A DNA stretch of 64,000 nucleotides, taken from assembly GCA_964425625.1 (NCBI GenBank), contig CAYRMI010000001.1:866-64865 (forward strand), given 5' to 3'. The position numbers and the translations under genes are program-made. Below the pieces are notes generated by a model, which searched no databases, was not told the DNA's origin, and was given only the letters and a program-made list of their open reading frames with translations. Below are positions 56,037 through 64,000 of this stretch, one piece after another. This DNA comes from an uncultured Candidatus Saccharibacteria bacterium (GTDB lineage: Bacteria > Patescibacteriota > Minisyncoccia > Phycocordibacterales > UBA918). Position 1 is the stretch's first letter. Every line of letters begins with the position of its first letter.

Positions 56037-57110
56037 CTATCTCTTTTGCTTTTTTTCTTTCACTATATACTGATTGTAGATCTCAAGAAGGACAATAAAC
56101 AAAGTCACTATCACTGGACCAACAATAAAACCAATTGGTCCAAAGGTAGATATTCCTCCCAATACAGCGGTCAGAATAATGAACGGATGCATATTATTGC
56201 CTCGACTCATAAGCTGTGGGCCGATTATATTATCTATCACAACAATACTTACCACCATCCAGATCAATAGACCAAGCGCGGCCATCGGTGAACCAGTAAA
56301 GAAAAGAAACAATATACCTGGAATCATAATGGTCGGAGTACCAATCCCTGGAATCATCGCCAAAATTGCCCCGACCGCTCCCCACAGGACGGCTCTATCT
56401 ATGCCAAAAATAGTGAAGCCCAAAGCAGCAATTGTGCCTTGAATAAGTGAGACCAAAAGTACTCCAGTAGCTACAGAACGTACAGCTCTAGCCAGACGAG
56501 AAAGAATAATCTCGTCATCCTTATTAGGTAATGGACTGACTTTAATTAATATTCGTAAAAATTCCTTACCATCTCTAAAAAAATAAAAAGATCCAATTAA
56601 AGAAATAAAAATAACAAACAGTGTTGAAATGGTACCAGCAAAAATAGCTCCGATATTACCCACAAACCACTTGGCACTTTGGCGTAGTTGCTCAGTCAGA
56701 TTAATAGAAAATTCTGGAATATAGTTTTGCACAGTAGCTTCAAAACTAGTGACATACTTTTCAATGCTAAGCTCTTGGCCGGCTCCTAAAGTCTCGTAAA
56801 AACTAATTAATTCACGAGCAAAAACAGTCGAAATGAAAATCAGTGGCAAAATAATCAAAAAGACTGCAATGAAGGTAGTGATACCGGCTGCTAAACTTTT
56901 ATTGTTTTTGTATACTTTCGACTCTATTTTTTCGTATAATGGATAACAAATTGTCACGATAATGAGAGCTAACGCCAAAGCTGACACAAAGGGCGACAAT
57001 ACCAGCCATACCATATAGCCAGAAGCAACCAGGATGACAAAGAAGAATACGTACTCAACAACGCGATTAAGATTTAGTGGCATGACTATAATATAACAAT
57101 CAAAATGCAA
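56037..57110 (-). CDS. AI-2E family transporter (PerM/YhhT-like permease)
   Basis: 357 aa; about 8 TM helices with the characteristic Gly/Pro-rich TM core (MIPGIGTPTIMIPGILFLF). Confidence 0.65.
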   Translation of the reverse strand: MHFDCYIIVMPLNLNRVVEYVFFFVILVASGYMVWLVLSPFVSALALALIIVTICYPLYEKIESKVYKNNKSLAAGITTFIAVFLIILPLIFISTVFARELISFYETLGAGQELSIEKYVTSFEATVQNYIPEFSINLTEQLRQSAKWFVGNIGAIFAGTISTLFVIFISLIGSFYFFRDGKEFLRILIKVSPLPNKDDEIILSRLARAVRSVATGVLLVSLIQGTIAALGFTIFGIDRAVLWGAVGAILAMIPGIGTPTIMIPGILFLFFTGSPMAALGLLIWMVVSIVVIDNIIGPQLMSRGNNMHPFIILTAVLGGISTFGPIGFIVGPVIVTLFIVLLEIYNQYIVKEKKQKR

Positions 57111-57463
57111 AAGGACCAGGTAAAACCTAGCCCACTGCGTTTATATCTCAGATAATTTCTGCTGGGTAACTTTGGCTGCTATCTCGACTGTATTAAAACT
57201 AGCAGATGCAGCTTGTCCTAAGTCTTCCATTGGTTGACCAAAGAAATGACTTAAGCCCCAAAGAACTATAATGAAACCAATTGCGCTTCGCATACAAAAT
57301 ATTTTGTTGCGACCCAGTAACCCACCTCGCGATGAGTTCTGACTAAAACCAGAAGGGACGCTAACAATCTTTGGTTCTCTATTTATAATATAGCATAGAC
57401 GCTATAATTTACAAGCATAACCGATAGACGGTGGGTATAATTATACGCGATCATAATTCATGA

Positions 57464-58204
57464 CTAATAGTAGTCAAACAAGAATTCTAGCTTCAATAAA
57501 TAAAACAACTTGGTGCCGTATTCAAGAATTATTCCTTCATTACCAAATAGTAATAACGTACCCAAAAGTAACAGCATAGATCCAGCCAAAATAGTAAACC
57601 CTTTGCTCACCCAATTTAATTGTGGGACTAATTTTGCTAATTTATGATAAAAGAAAGCGGATAAGATAAATGGCAAAGCAAAGCCAAGAGAAAAAATCAG
57701 TAACAAAAAAGCCCCAACCAGCGCAGACCCATCACTGGCCGCCAGCAGGATAATCGAGGCCATAATGGGCCCAATACAAGGACTCCAACCGACTGAAAAA
57801 ATAGTCCCTAAGAGAAACGAACCACGATAGGTTCCAGGTGTCAGCCAACGCGGTATCATCATAGACTTTTGGCCGATAAAAAAGTAGGGTCTAATAAACC
57901 CCATGATCATTAAAGCGAACAGAATGATTAGAATTCCACTGGTTTTTTTAATTATTGACAAATATGGACCCAAAGCATCCGTCAGTGATCCAGCCAGCAA
58001 GCCAAGAGTCACAAAGACTATAGAAAACCCCAGACAGAAAAATAAGGTATTTTTAATAAGATCCCTTTTGTTTATAACGTTCCCCCTTCCACCAGCCAAG
58101 ACAGCCAGAAAGGCTGGTACCAGAGGAAAGGTACACGGAGCCAGAAACATTAAAAAACCGGCGAGAAATGCTGAACCAACAAAAAGTAAGGACAACTCTA
58201 ACAT
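57464..58204 (-). CDS. ccdA: cytochrome c-type biogenesis / thiol-disulfide transporter CcdA (DsbD transmembrane domain family)
   Basis: 246 aa; 6 TM helices with conserved cysteines in TM1 (LAPCTFPLVPA) and TM4 (SPCIGP). Confidence 0.75.
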   Translation of the reverse strand: MLELSLLFVGSAFLAGFLMFLAPCTFPLVPAFLAVLAGGRGNVINKRDLIKNTLFFCLGFSIVFVTLGLLAGSLTDALGPYLSIIKKTSGILIILFALMIMGFIRPYFFIGQKSMMIPRWLTPGTYRGSFLLGTIFSVGWSPCIGPIMASIILLAASDGSALVGAFLLLIFSLGFALPFILSAFFYHKLAKLVPQLNWVSKGFTILAGSMLLLLGTLLLFGNEGIILEYGTKLFYLLKLEFLFDYY

Positions 58205-58207
58205 GAG

Positions 58208-58765
58208 TTATTCATTTAGTAGTAGTTCATCAATCGTCCTCTTGATCAAGTCTACATTAACTATCCCCCTTTCATGCTTAATAATCTCTCCTCGTTGATC
58301 AAAGATAACTGACTCTGGCATAGCATACCCTCCGACGGCTACGTAGAAGAGATCTTCGGTATCGATAGCGATTACTATATTTTTAAGCACGGGTAATGTA
58401 TTTAAAAAGCGTGTAGCCTGTTCCTTCTGCTCCTTTCGGTTTATTGCCACGAACTTTACCTTTTTTGTTTTATAGTCTTCTGCTAACTTTTCCATAGCAG
58501 TTAAATCGTTGGTCGAAAACGGTGACCAACTGGCCCAGGAGACGACTACGATTATTTCACCTAAAAAATCTTCTAGCGCTAGTTTGTTGCCTTGCAAATC
58601 AACGTAAGTAGCTTGACTGGTATCATTACCCAGCAAAATCTGCTTAGTTGTCTCATTCACTTGATTGTGCTTCTTTTGTACAACTAATAAGGTAACTACC
58701 CCGACTACCAAAATTACCGCACCTAAAATACTGAGGGTTATTATCGTTGTCTTTTTGTCGATCAT
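58208..58765 (-). CDS. TlpA/ResA-like thioredoxin-fold protein with SxxS in place of the CxxC active site
   Basis: 185 aa; N-terminal TM anchor; thioredoxin-fold blocks (VVVVSWASWSPFS..., cis-Pro region AMPESVIFD). At the usual W-C-x-x-C position both cysteines are Ser. Confidence 0.6.
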   Translation of the reverse strand: MIDKKTTIITLSILGAVILVVGVVTLLVVQKKHNQVNETTKQILLGNDTSQATYVDLQGNKLALEDFLGEIIVVVSWASWSPFSTNDLTAMEKLAEDYKTKKVKFVAINRKEQKEQATRFLNTLPVLKNIVIAIDTEDLFYVAVGGYAMPESVIFDQRGEIIKHERGIVNVDLIKRTIDELLLNE

Positions 58766-59406
58766 TGTACTGATTCAATTAAAGCTGACCACTGTTCTTT
58801 TGGTAAAGCACCTGAAACATTTTTTTGCTTTCCATCCTTACCAACAATCACACTAAAAGGTGTCCCTCTAGCTCCAAATGATTCAGCCACTTTAATATCA
58901 GACTCAACTAAAGCAATTAATTCACTATTATTTTGGCAATTTGAAATTTCATCTTCTTTAACACCAAGGTCAAGCGCTATGTTCTTAATTAGATCTTGAT
59001 TCAAATTACCCATTTGGGCAAAGATTTTGTCTAAGTAGGTAAAAAATTCTTGCTCACCAAGAATTTTAGCTACACATTCCCCCACTACGGCCGCCGGAAA
59101 AGCGTTGGGGTGATTGCCTAGAGGGAGGTGCCGATATTCCCAAGCTAGGTTACTATTTGATTCGTCAACCAAATCCTTCAGCACAGTGTGTAAACGGGAG
59201 CAAAATGGACATTCCAAATCTGAGAACTCAACAATTATAGTTGACGCATCTGGGTTACCATAAATGTGTTGATCAGTGGTTCTTTGCGGTGATTCTAATA
59301 TTTCATCTTGAATTAATACTGAGGATTTATTCTGCATTAGCAAAATAGAAGTTGCAATCAAACAGAAACCAACAAAAATAGCTATCGCAATATGAACCTT
59401 ATTCAT
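58762..59406 (-). CDS. DsbA-family thiol:disulfide oxidoreductase (BdbD-like), membrane-anchored
   Basis: 214 aa; N-terminal TM helix; active site CPFC in the context EFSDLECPFCSRLH; cis-Pro loop (GTPF). Confidence 0.75.
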   Translation of the reverse strand: MNKVHIAIAIFVGFCLIATSILLMQNKSSVLIQDEILESPQRTTDQHIYGNPDASTIIVEFSDLECPFCSRLHTVLKDLVDESNSNLAWEYRHLPLGNHPNAFPAAVVGECVAKILGEQEFFTYLDKIFAQMGNLNQDLIKNIALDLGVKEDEISNCQNNSELIALVESDIKVAESFGARGTPFSVIVGKDGKQKNVSGALPKEQWSALIESVQ

Positions 59407-59408
59407 GA

Positions 59409-59885
59409 CTATCCCTTAATAAATAATTCAAAATCAGCCGGTGACTCTTCAGGTAAAGCTGGTATTAAATTTAATTCTACCGGACGTCCCATAAAGGTGG
59501 CGCTGATAGTAGCTTGATCGGAAGCCTGCGCTGTAGCCATAAAGCGCTGAGCTGTAATTACCTGAGCACATGTTTGTGCATTATTAATTACTGTGAAGTC
59601 TAATCTAACCTGCTCTGGGAATGACTCCATCACCAAAGCTTCAACTTCAATCAGATCACATGGGGTGGGCATTAGTATCTCCCCCACAAAGGTATGTGTT
59701 CCATCATCAAAATAATGCTTGGCATCAATTCTCGTTATATCGGCGTACGGGATAGATACTTCTTCTTCAGGTACGGGTGTTGGGAGTGGAGTAACTTCTG
59801 TTCGTTTTAAGTAGGCAAATGTGAACATACCGGCTATGAGCAAGACAAACAAGGTCACAATGAGAACAATAGTTTTTTTATCCAT
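59409..59885 (-). CDS. hypothetical membrane-anchored protein
   Basis: 158 aa; N-terminal TM helix; start overlaps or abuts the dsbA-like gene. Confidence 0.35.
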   Translation of the reverse strand: MDKKTIVLIVTLFVLLIAGMFTFAYLKRTEVTPLPTPVPEEEVSIPYADITRIDAKHYFDDGTHTFVGEILMPTPCDLIEVEALVMESFPEQVRLDFTVINNAQTCAQVITAQRFMATAQASDQATISATFMGRPVELNLIPALPEESPADFELFIKG

Positions 59886-59935
59886 AGAATTTTATGTTAC
59901 TGGGCCAGTAATACAGCTTTTTCATTATACACCGA

Positions 59936-61549
59936 CTAGTGATCTAAATCACTACCAACATAAATAATAATAGGTTCGATACTTGTAACCGTATTATCAA
60001 CCGAGACAGGTGCATTTAGTAGTTTTTGACTTATTTTTACAGCCTCTGAATAGTTCTTCGCGTTAGTTACAATGACGGTTCTGGTTTGTATGTCTTTAAA
60101 ATCGGCCGTTAAAGAAACCACCTCAAAATCAACTTTCTCTAATAAAATTTTAACTTTTGCTCCAATCCCTGGAGTACCGCTCCGATTTACAATTGAAATT
60201 TTTTCAGTACTAGTACTACTTACCATTTTTTGTTCTGAAGTCTCGTTAGCTATCAATTGATTGTAAATTATTTCTTCAGAATTGACAGCGGTTGTTACCA
60301 CTGAATCATTTTGCATATACTCTACTTCATAAGCGCGATGCTCCGTATTGGCTCCCTTGACGTACCAAATTATGATTAATATAAATGTCACAATCAAAAC
60401 CACACCGAGGAAGAACAATCGGTATTGAATGACAAAACTGAGTATTTCACTTAAGCGGCTTCGTAGACTGACAGAAGTTTGCATGCGCCTGGTCAAGTCC
60501 AAAATACCAGCCTGCATCGGACCATGAATGATGGGTTTTGACTTAGGTCGCGTTTTAACTCTATCTTGCACAGTCTGATAATCCTCAATTGATATACCCG
60601 CCAACATCAGCATGTGCTTTACATACAATCTGACTAACCAAGTAAGTAAACCAAAGAACAATACTAAACCAATCATCACCAATGACATAAACTTAAGCGG
60701 TAAAACCCAAAAGACCGTTTCGGCTGAAGTAAATTTCTTCTCATCAGATCCATAACCCAAAGTAGCTATGGCCGTATAGCGACCAATATCTGAAGGTGAC
60801 CACTCCCCTTTCCAAGTAAACAAAAATTTTCTGATACTATCCGGTAAAACATTGCCAAAATTTGTGTACTGATTAATCGGAATAGTTCCTCTTTCTTCAC
60901 CCCACATGTTGAATATTTTAATATCACCTCTTGGTTGCAGATGGACATTACCTTTATTTTCAAAGCGTAAAGAAAAAGTCACCTCCGGTGTACCTAAAAG
61001 TGATTTAGTAGTGAGAAATTCCCGTATATTTCCTGCTTCCACCACGTCGCCAGCCACTTTGGCAAAAAATAATGATGTAACTACTTGTGCAGTCTGTAGG
61101 CGAGCTTGTCCACTGACAGATTCGGGGGGTTTTGTTCCCACTAATATCGCGGCAAAATGTCCCCCTGGACTGGCGTCTTCCGGCACCTTTACCGAAAATG
61201 GTATTTCTATACTCTGTTCGCGCGAGATGGTGATAGGGTCGCTACTTATAGTAAACCATTCAGCCAAAGTAGCTCCGGTGGCTTCGGCTTTTTCAATGGG
61301 AATAAATCGTCCATCACCCCCTTCCCCGCGCGGTGTAAAATTTACTACTTCTGCGTAAACTGTTAAGTCAAACTTATTTACGTTTATTATTTTTAGAGTA
61401 CTTTTCCATTCTTGACCTGGCTCAGCTGACATATCGTAGAGCGTCGGTGAAATACTGAGCGTCACTGATTCTTGCGCTTGACTGGCTGCAGGTAGAAAAA
61501 ACTGTATTACCAGACAGAGTAAAAGTGTTTTAAGAAGATTGCTTGTCAT
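59936..61549 (-). CDS. hypothetical exported protein with two central TM helices and a LytR_C-like C-terminal domain
   Basis: 537 aa; signal peptide; N-terminal beta-rich domain similar to the N-terminus of the next gene product; C-terminal IVNRSGTPGIGAKV...IIYVGSD resembles LytR_C. Confidence 0.4.
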   Translation of the reverse strand: MTSNLLKTLLLCLVIQFFLPAASQAQESVTLSISPTLYDMSAEPGQEWKSTLKIINVNKFDLTVYAEVVNFTPRGEGGDGRFIPIEKAEATGATLAEWFTISSDPITISREQSIEIPFSVKVPEDASPGGHFAAILVGTKPPESVSGQARLQTAQVVTSLFFAKVAGDVVEAGNIREFLTTKSLLGTPEVTFSLRFENKGNVHLQPRGDIKIFNMWGEERGTIPINQYTNFGNVLPDSIRKFLFTWKGEWSPSDIGRYTAIATLGYGSDEKKFTSAETVFWVLPLKFMSLVMIGLVLFFGLLTWLVRLYVKHMLMLAGISIEDYQTVQDRVKTRPKSKPIIHGPMQAGILDLTRRMQTSVSLRSRLSEILSFVIQYRLFFLGVVLIVTFILIIIWYVKGANTEHRAYEVEYMQNDSVVTTAVNSEEIIYNQLIANETSEQKMVSSTSTEKISIVNRSGTPGIGAKVKILLEKVDFEVVSLTADFKDIQTRTVIVTNAKNYSEAVKISQKLLNAPVSVDNTVTSIEPIIIYVGSDLDH

Positions 61550-62564
61550 TTTTTAGGTTGATGTCATGGTCATACTCTGTATGCTCTCGGCTGTTTTTTA
61601 CAAACATTGGCAGATCATACAATTGATCATCTTCTCTATCTTCTCTAGTAAAAGCTCGTTTAAATACCCAAGCCACCAAACTCAAAATCAGAGCTAGTAA
61701 AGTAAATATTATAAATAAATAATACCAAGGAATTGAATAATAAAAGGCAGTATCAAAAACCGTGGCCTGATTTTCCCCGTACTGAAGTGTCAAATAGGCT
61801 TTATTGCGTCCAATCCGATTGATAAATGGGAGATCCTCATAAATCTGTACTCGTTCACCCGGGGCTATAGTCACTTTGCCGGAGTTAACATTAAGTGAAG
61901 CCAGCTCTTTACCCGAGGTGTCATAAATAATTACGTCACCCTCTGGAGTCAAGGGGATATCACCGGTGTTTTCGATAGTAAAGGACAGTTTATTGTCAGT
62001 CTCGCGTAAGGTAAATCGGTCAGTGGCAAAACTTACCAAGTGTAATTGTTCACGTTTATCGTCTTTAATCGTTATCTTAAGGATAACAGAAGCGGCTTGT
62101 CCGGATATTACTTTGGCTTCTATATCATCACGGTTTGGTCCCGTCGCAAAGCCAATCAAAGCATGGTAAGTACCAGGTGGAGTATTGGGATGGATTCTAA
62201 TAGTAAGAGGGACAGTAAGCGTACCATTAGCCGGCAATTCTAGACGGGCCCGAGAAATCTCCAACCAACTAGTGATGGTGGTTGAACGGTCAGTCATTGA
62301 CGGTGTAACAAACTCATGTACACCTGCTTCCTCACCTACTTCTACTTCTACTTCGTGCACGGACGCATAGATTCTAGTCGGTCGATTGGTATTGTTGGTG
62401 AGAATAATATCGCGGTTGATAATATCTCTACCCTCTGTGGTGTAATCAATGATTAGTGGTGAGGCGGAGAAGTTAGCGGCCGCCAAAACTAAGGAGGGAC
62501 CAGCAGTAGTTGCACAAATAGCTAGACTAAGGAGGAATATGATTACTGTTAAATTTTTAAGCAT
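61530..62564 (-). CDS. hypothetical cell-surface protein (signal peptide + C-terminal TM anchor; DUF916/DUF3324-like architecture)
   Basis: 344 aa; signal peptide, two beta-rich domains, C-terminal TM helix with a charged tail; N-terminal domain alignable with that of 59936..61549. Confidence 0.4.
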   Translation of the reverse strand: MLKNLTVIIFLLSLAICATTAGPSLVLAAANFSASPLIIDYTTEGRDIINRDIILTNNTNRPTRIYASVHEVEVEVGEEAGVHEFVTPSMTDRSTTITSWLEISRARLELPANGTLTVPLTIRIHPNTPPGTYHALIGFATGPNRDDIEAKVISGQAASVILKITIKDDKREQLHLVSFATDRFTLRETDNKLSFTIENTGDIPLTPEGDVIIYDTSGKELASLNVNSGKVTIAPGERVQIYEDLPFINRIGRNKAYLTLQYGENQATVFDTAFYYSIPWYYLFIIFTLLALILSLVAWVFKRAFTREDREDDQLYDLPMFVKNSREHTEYDHDINLKNDKQSS

Positions 62565-62570
62565 AGATTA

Positions 62571-63977
62571 TTAGTACGATGGAACGGCTAAATACACTAT
62601 TTCGGTTTCATAATCTCCCGCTGGTTGCAGTTCATTTACCCGTATACGGTACACTATATCATGAGTATCTGAAGCCGGAATAGAGCTATACATTACCTCT
62701 ACCGGACTGGTTTCAAGTCCGGCATAAGTATCAATTGGCGCAAACCTTGTATCACCATCGCGTAAAGTTGCATCGGTAGTGTGATAACCAATACAACCAG
62801 TCGAGCTAGCGTTGCAACCGTCTACCCAACTTGAAGGAGAAGCGTTGGTCCCGCTAATAGAAGGTATTGGGAAACCATGTGAGCTAGTCAACTGCTGACG
62901 GGCATATTTAAGCACCTGATAGCCTTCGGTGGCGTTAGTAACCACTGACACGCGATGAGCCGCTATGTACTCAGTATTAAATACCAGTCCACCAAAGCCG
63001 ATAGAATCTGGACTGGTAGACACATCGGTCACCACCCCAGCAGTGGTTGTACTAGAGGGTAAACCAGAGAGAGACAACTGTAAGGTTGGACCTTCCGTCA
63101 CTAATGACGCGTAGGATTCACCACTATCAAGACTGACAGGTGAATCATTAGTTACATCATACAACCTAAAGTAGTAGACAGCGTTTACTCGAGCAGCCGT
63201 GTGCTTGATGGTGAAGCTGTACTCTTGCGTTTTGCCGGCCAGGTGAGTATGTCCGGTAGCTGGACTAGGTGAGGAATTATGTCGTCCACAACCATTTCCC
63301 ACCCCTCCCGTACAACTTTCAGCATCCGTCAGCAAATTATTATTAATCAGAGTATTATCTGGGACAGCGCCATCGATATAGCACCACAAAGACATATCCG
63401 CACAAGTGGTAGAGGCTACCACATCGACTGGGTTAACAAAGCTAATGTCATCAGAAAATTGTAATTTAAATTTTATGTCTTCACCTTGAACATTTCTTTT
63501 TTCTCGAACCGAAATTCGCAGAGCCAAAGTGTCAGAATTTGCAACATCAATTGGAGCAACAATTTCATTGGCTAAAGCGACGATTGGTGTTTCGCTAGTT
63601 TCATCACTGTACCAACGCCAATTTTTGGCCACCGGAGAAAAGCCGGCCGTACGGATCTGCGGGTAATTACTATCGTAGCCATCCAGTGGTGTTCCATCAC
63701 TTCGCACCGTTCTAAAACAGTAAGTATTAAGAGGTACAGCACCGTTATGTTGTAGATGCCAATCGTACTCGAGATAATCACCATCCAAAACTGGATAAGG
63801 ATTAACTTCGGAGGGATTTTCCTGCTCTAATGTTCCGGCTCGGTTGGCGAACGAAATTTGCAAGTCGCCCCCGGTTGGTGGGTCAGTCGATAGAACTGTA
63901 CCATCAGTAGTCCCGGTAGCGGCATAACCGCGCCATACCGCGCCACTACCGGCAGCCCCGACATCGCTCCAACTCAA
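62571..63977 (-). CDS. hypothetical secreted/surface protein (possibly 5'-truncated by the window edge)
   Basis: 468-aa ORF, Thr/Ser/Gly/Asn-rich, many cysteines; the reading frame is open to within 23 nt of the window end, so the true start may lie outside. Confidence 0.35.
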   Translation of the reverse strand: MSWSDVGAAGSGAVWRGYAATGTTDGTVLSTDPPTGGDLQISFANRAGTLEQENPSEVNPYPVLDGDYLEYDWHLQHNGAVPLNTYCFRTVRSDGTPLDGYDSNYPQIRTAGFSPVAKNWRWYSDETSETPIVALANEIVAPIDVANSDTLALRISVREKRNVQGEDIKFKLQFSDDISFVNPVDVVASTTCADMSLWCYIDGAVPDNTLINNNLLTDAESCTGGVGNGCGRHNSSPSPATGHTHLAGKTQEYSFTIKHTAARVNAVYYFRLYDVTNDSPVSLDSGESYASLVTEGPTLQLSLSGLPSSTTTAGVVTDVSTSPDSIGFGGLVFNTEYIAAHRVSVVTNATEGYQVLKYARQQLTSSHGFPIPSISGTNASPSSWVDGCNASSTGCIGYHTTDATLRDGDTRFAPIDTYAGLETSPVEVMYSSIPASDTHDIVYRIRVNELQPAGDYETEIVYLAVPSY

Positions 63978-64000
63978 TTCACTAAGCGCCGTACAGGTAG

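Noticed and set aside
141-63464. Numerous 60-150-aa plus-strand track ORFs lying antisense within long minus-strand genes (e.g. 141..338, 743..1060, 4223..4660, 9609..9953, 19097..19477, 50647..51042, 60906..61358)
   Set aside because: All are fully embedded in well-supported genes on the opposite strand. They have no start-site context or recognisable motifs. This is typical shadow-ORF behaviour
1-64000. CRISPR arrays, rRNA genes, IS/transposase or integrase genes, group I/II introns
   Set aside because: No regularly spaced direct repeats with unique spacers were seen. No rRNA-like conserved blocks were seen. No ORF has transposase (DDE/HUH), integrase (R..H..RY) or reverse-transcriptase (YxDD) signatures. 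The only repeat family found is the tRNA-Ala-associated one, and it lacks CRISPR periodicity

Overview
The window is an AT-rich, gene-dense bacterial chromosomal segment. About 60 of roughly 66 genes are on the minus strand. The gene content and protein architectures suggest a small-genome, monoderm, CPR/Patescibacteria-like organism. That assignment is an inference: I recognise a truncated AlaRS and UvrC, a sigma-region-4/HARE-HTH protein and many membrane-anchored hypotheticals, but no single marker settles it.

Recognisable content:
- A ribosomal/RNAP cluster in the order infA-rpmJ-rpsM-rpsK-rpsD-rpoA-rplQ-rplM.
- alaS, pepF, mnmA, leuS, ychF and tgt.
- A nucleotide-excision-repair set (uvrB, uvrA, uvrC) interrupted by a surface-protein/histidine-kinase pair.
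- Two mltG paralogs, ddl, a PGM/PMM, a D-2-hydroxyacid dehydrogenase, an RND efflux pair, and a CcdA/TlpA-like/DsbA-like thiol-disulfide module.
- Two tRNA-Ala genes (GGC and UGC), both with the G3:U70 pair.

The most unusual signal is a family of GC-rich, hairpin-dense repeat units of roughly 130-150 bp at two loci, each lying immediately next to one of the tRNA-Ala genes. The ends of each unit are inverted copies of the 3' end of the neighbouring tRNA, and they co-vary with that tRNA. Hairpins and terminators inside the units are conserved in structure through compensatory changes. Candidate explanations are a tRNA-3'-end-associated MITE-like or integrative remnant element, or a novel structured ncRNA.

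Other notable points:
- Three visibly GC-enriched islands sit in the AT-rich backbone. One is a single-gene hpf cassette with proteobacterial-style sequence and terminator, one is a tandem pair of YeaD-like mutarotase paralogs, and one is a lipoprotein gene next to an N-terminally shortened tspO.
- A 128-nt nested-hairpin element lies between fkbp and tgt.
- A TlpA-like protein has SxxS in place of CxxC.
- rpmJ is absent from the ORF track because it is shorter than 60 aa.

No CRISPR array, rRNA gene or intact IS/transposase was seen.
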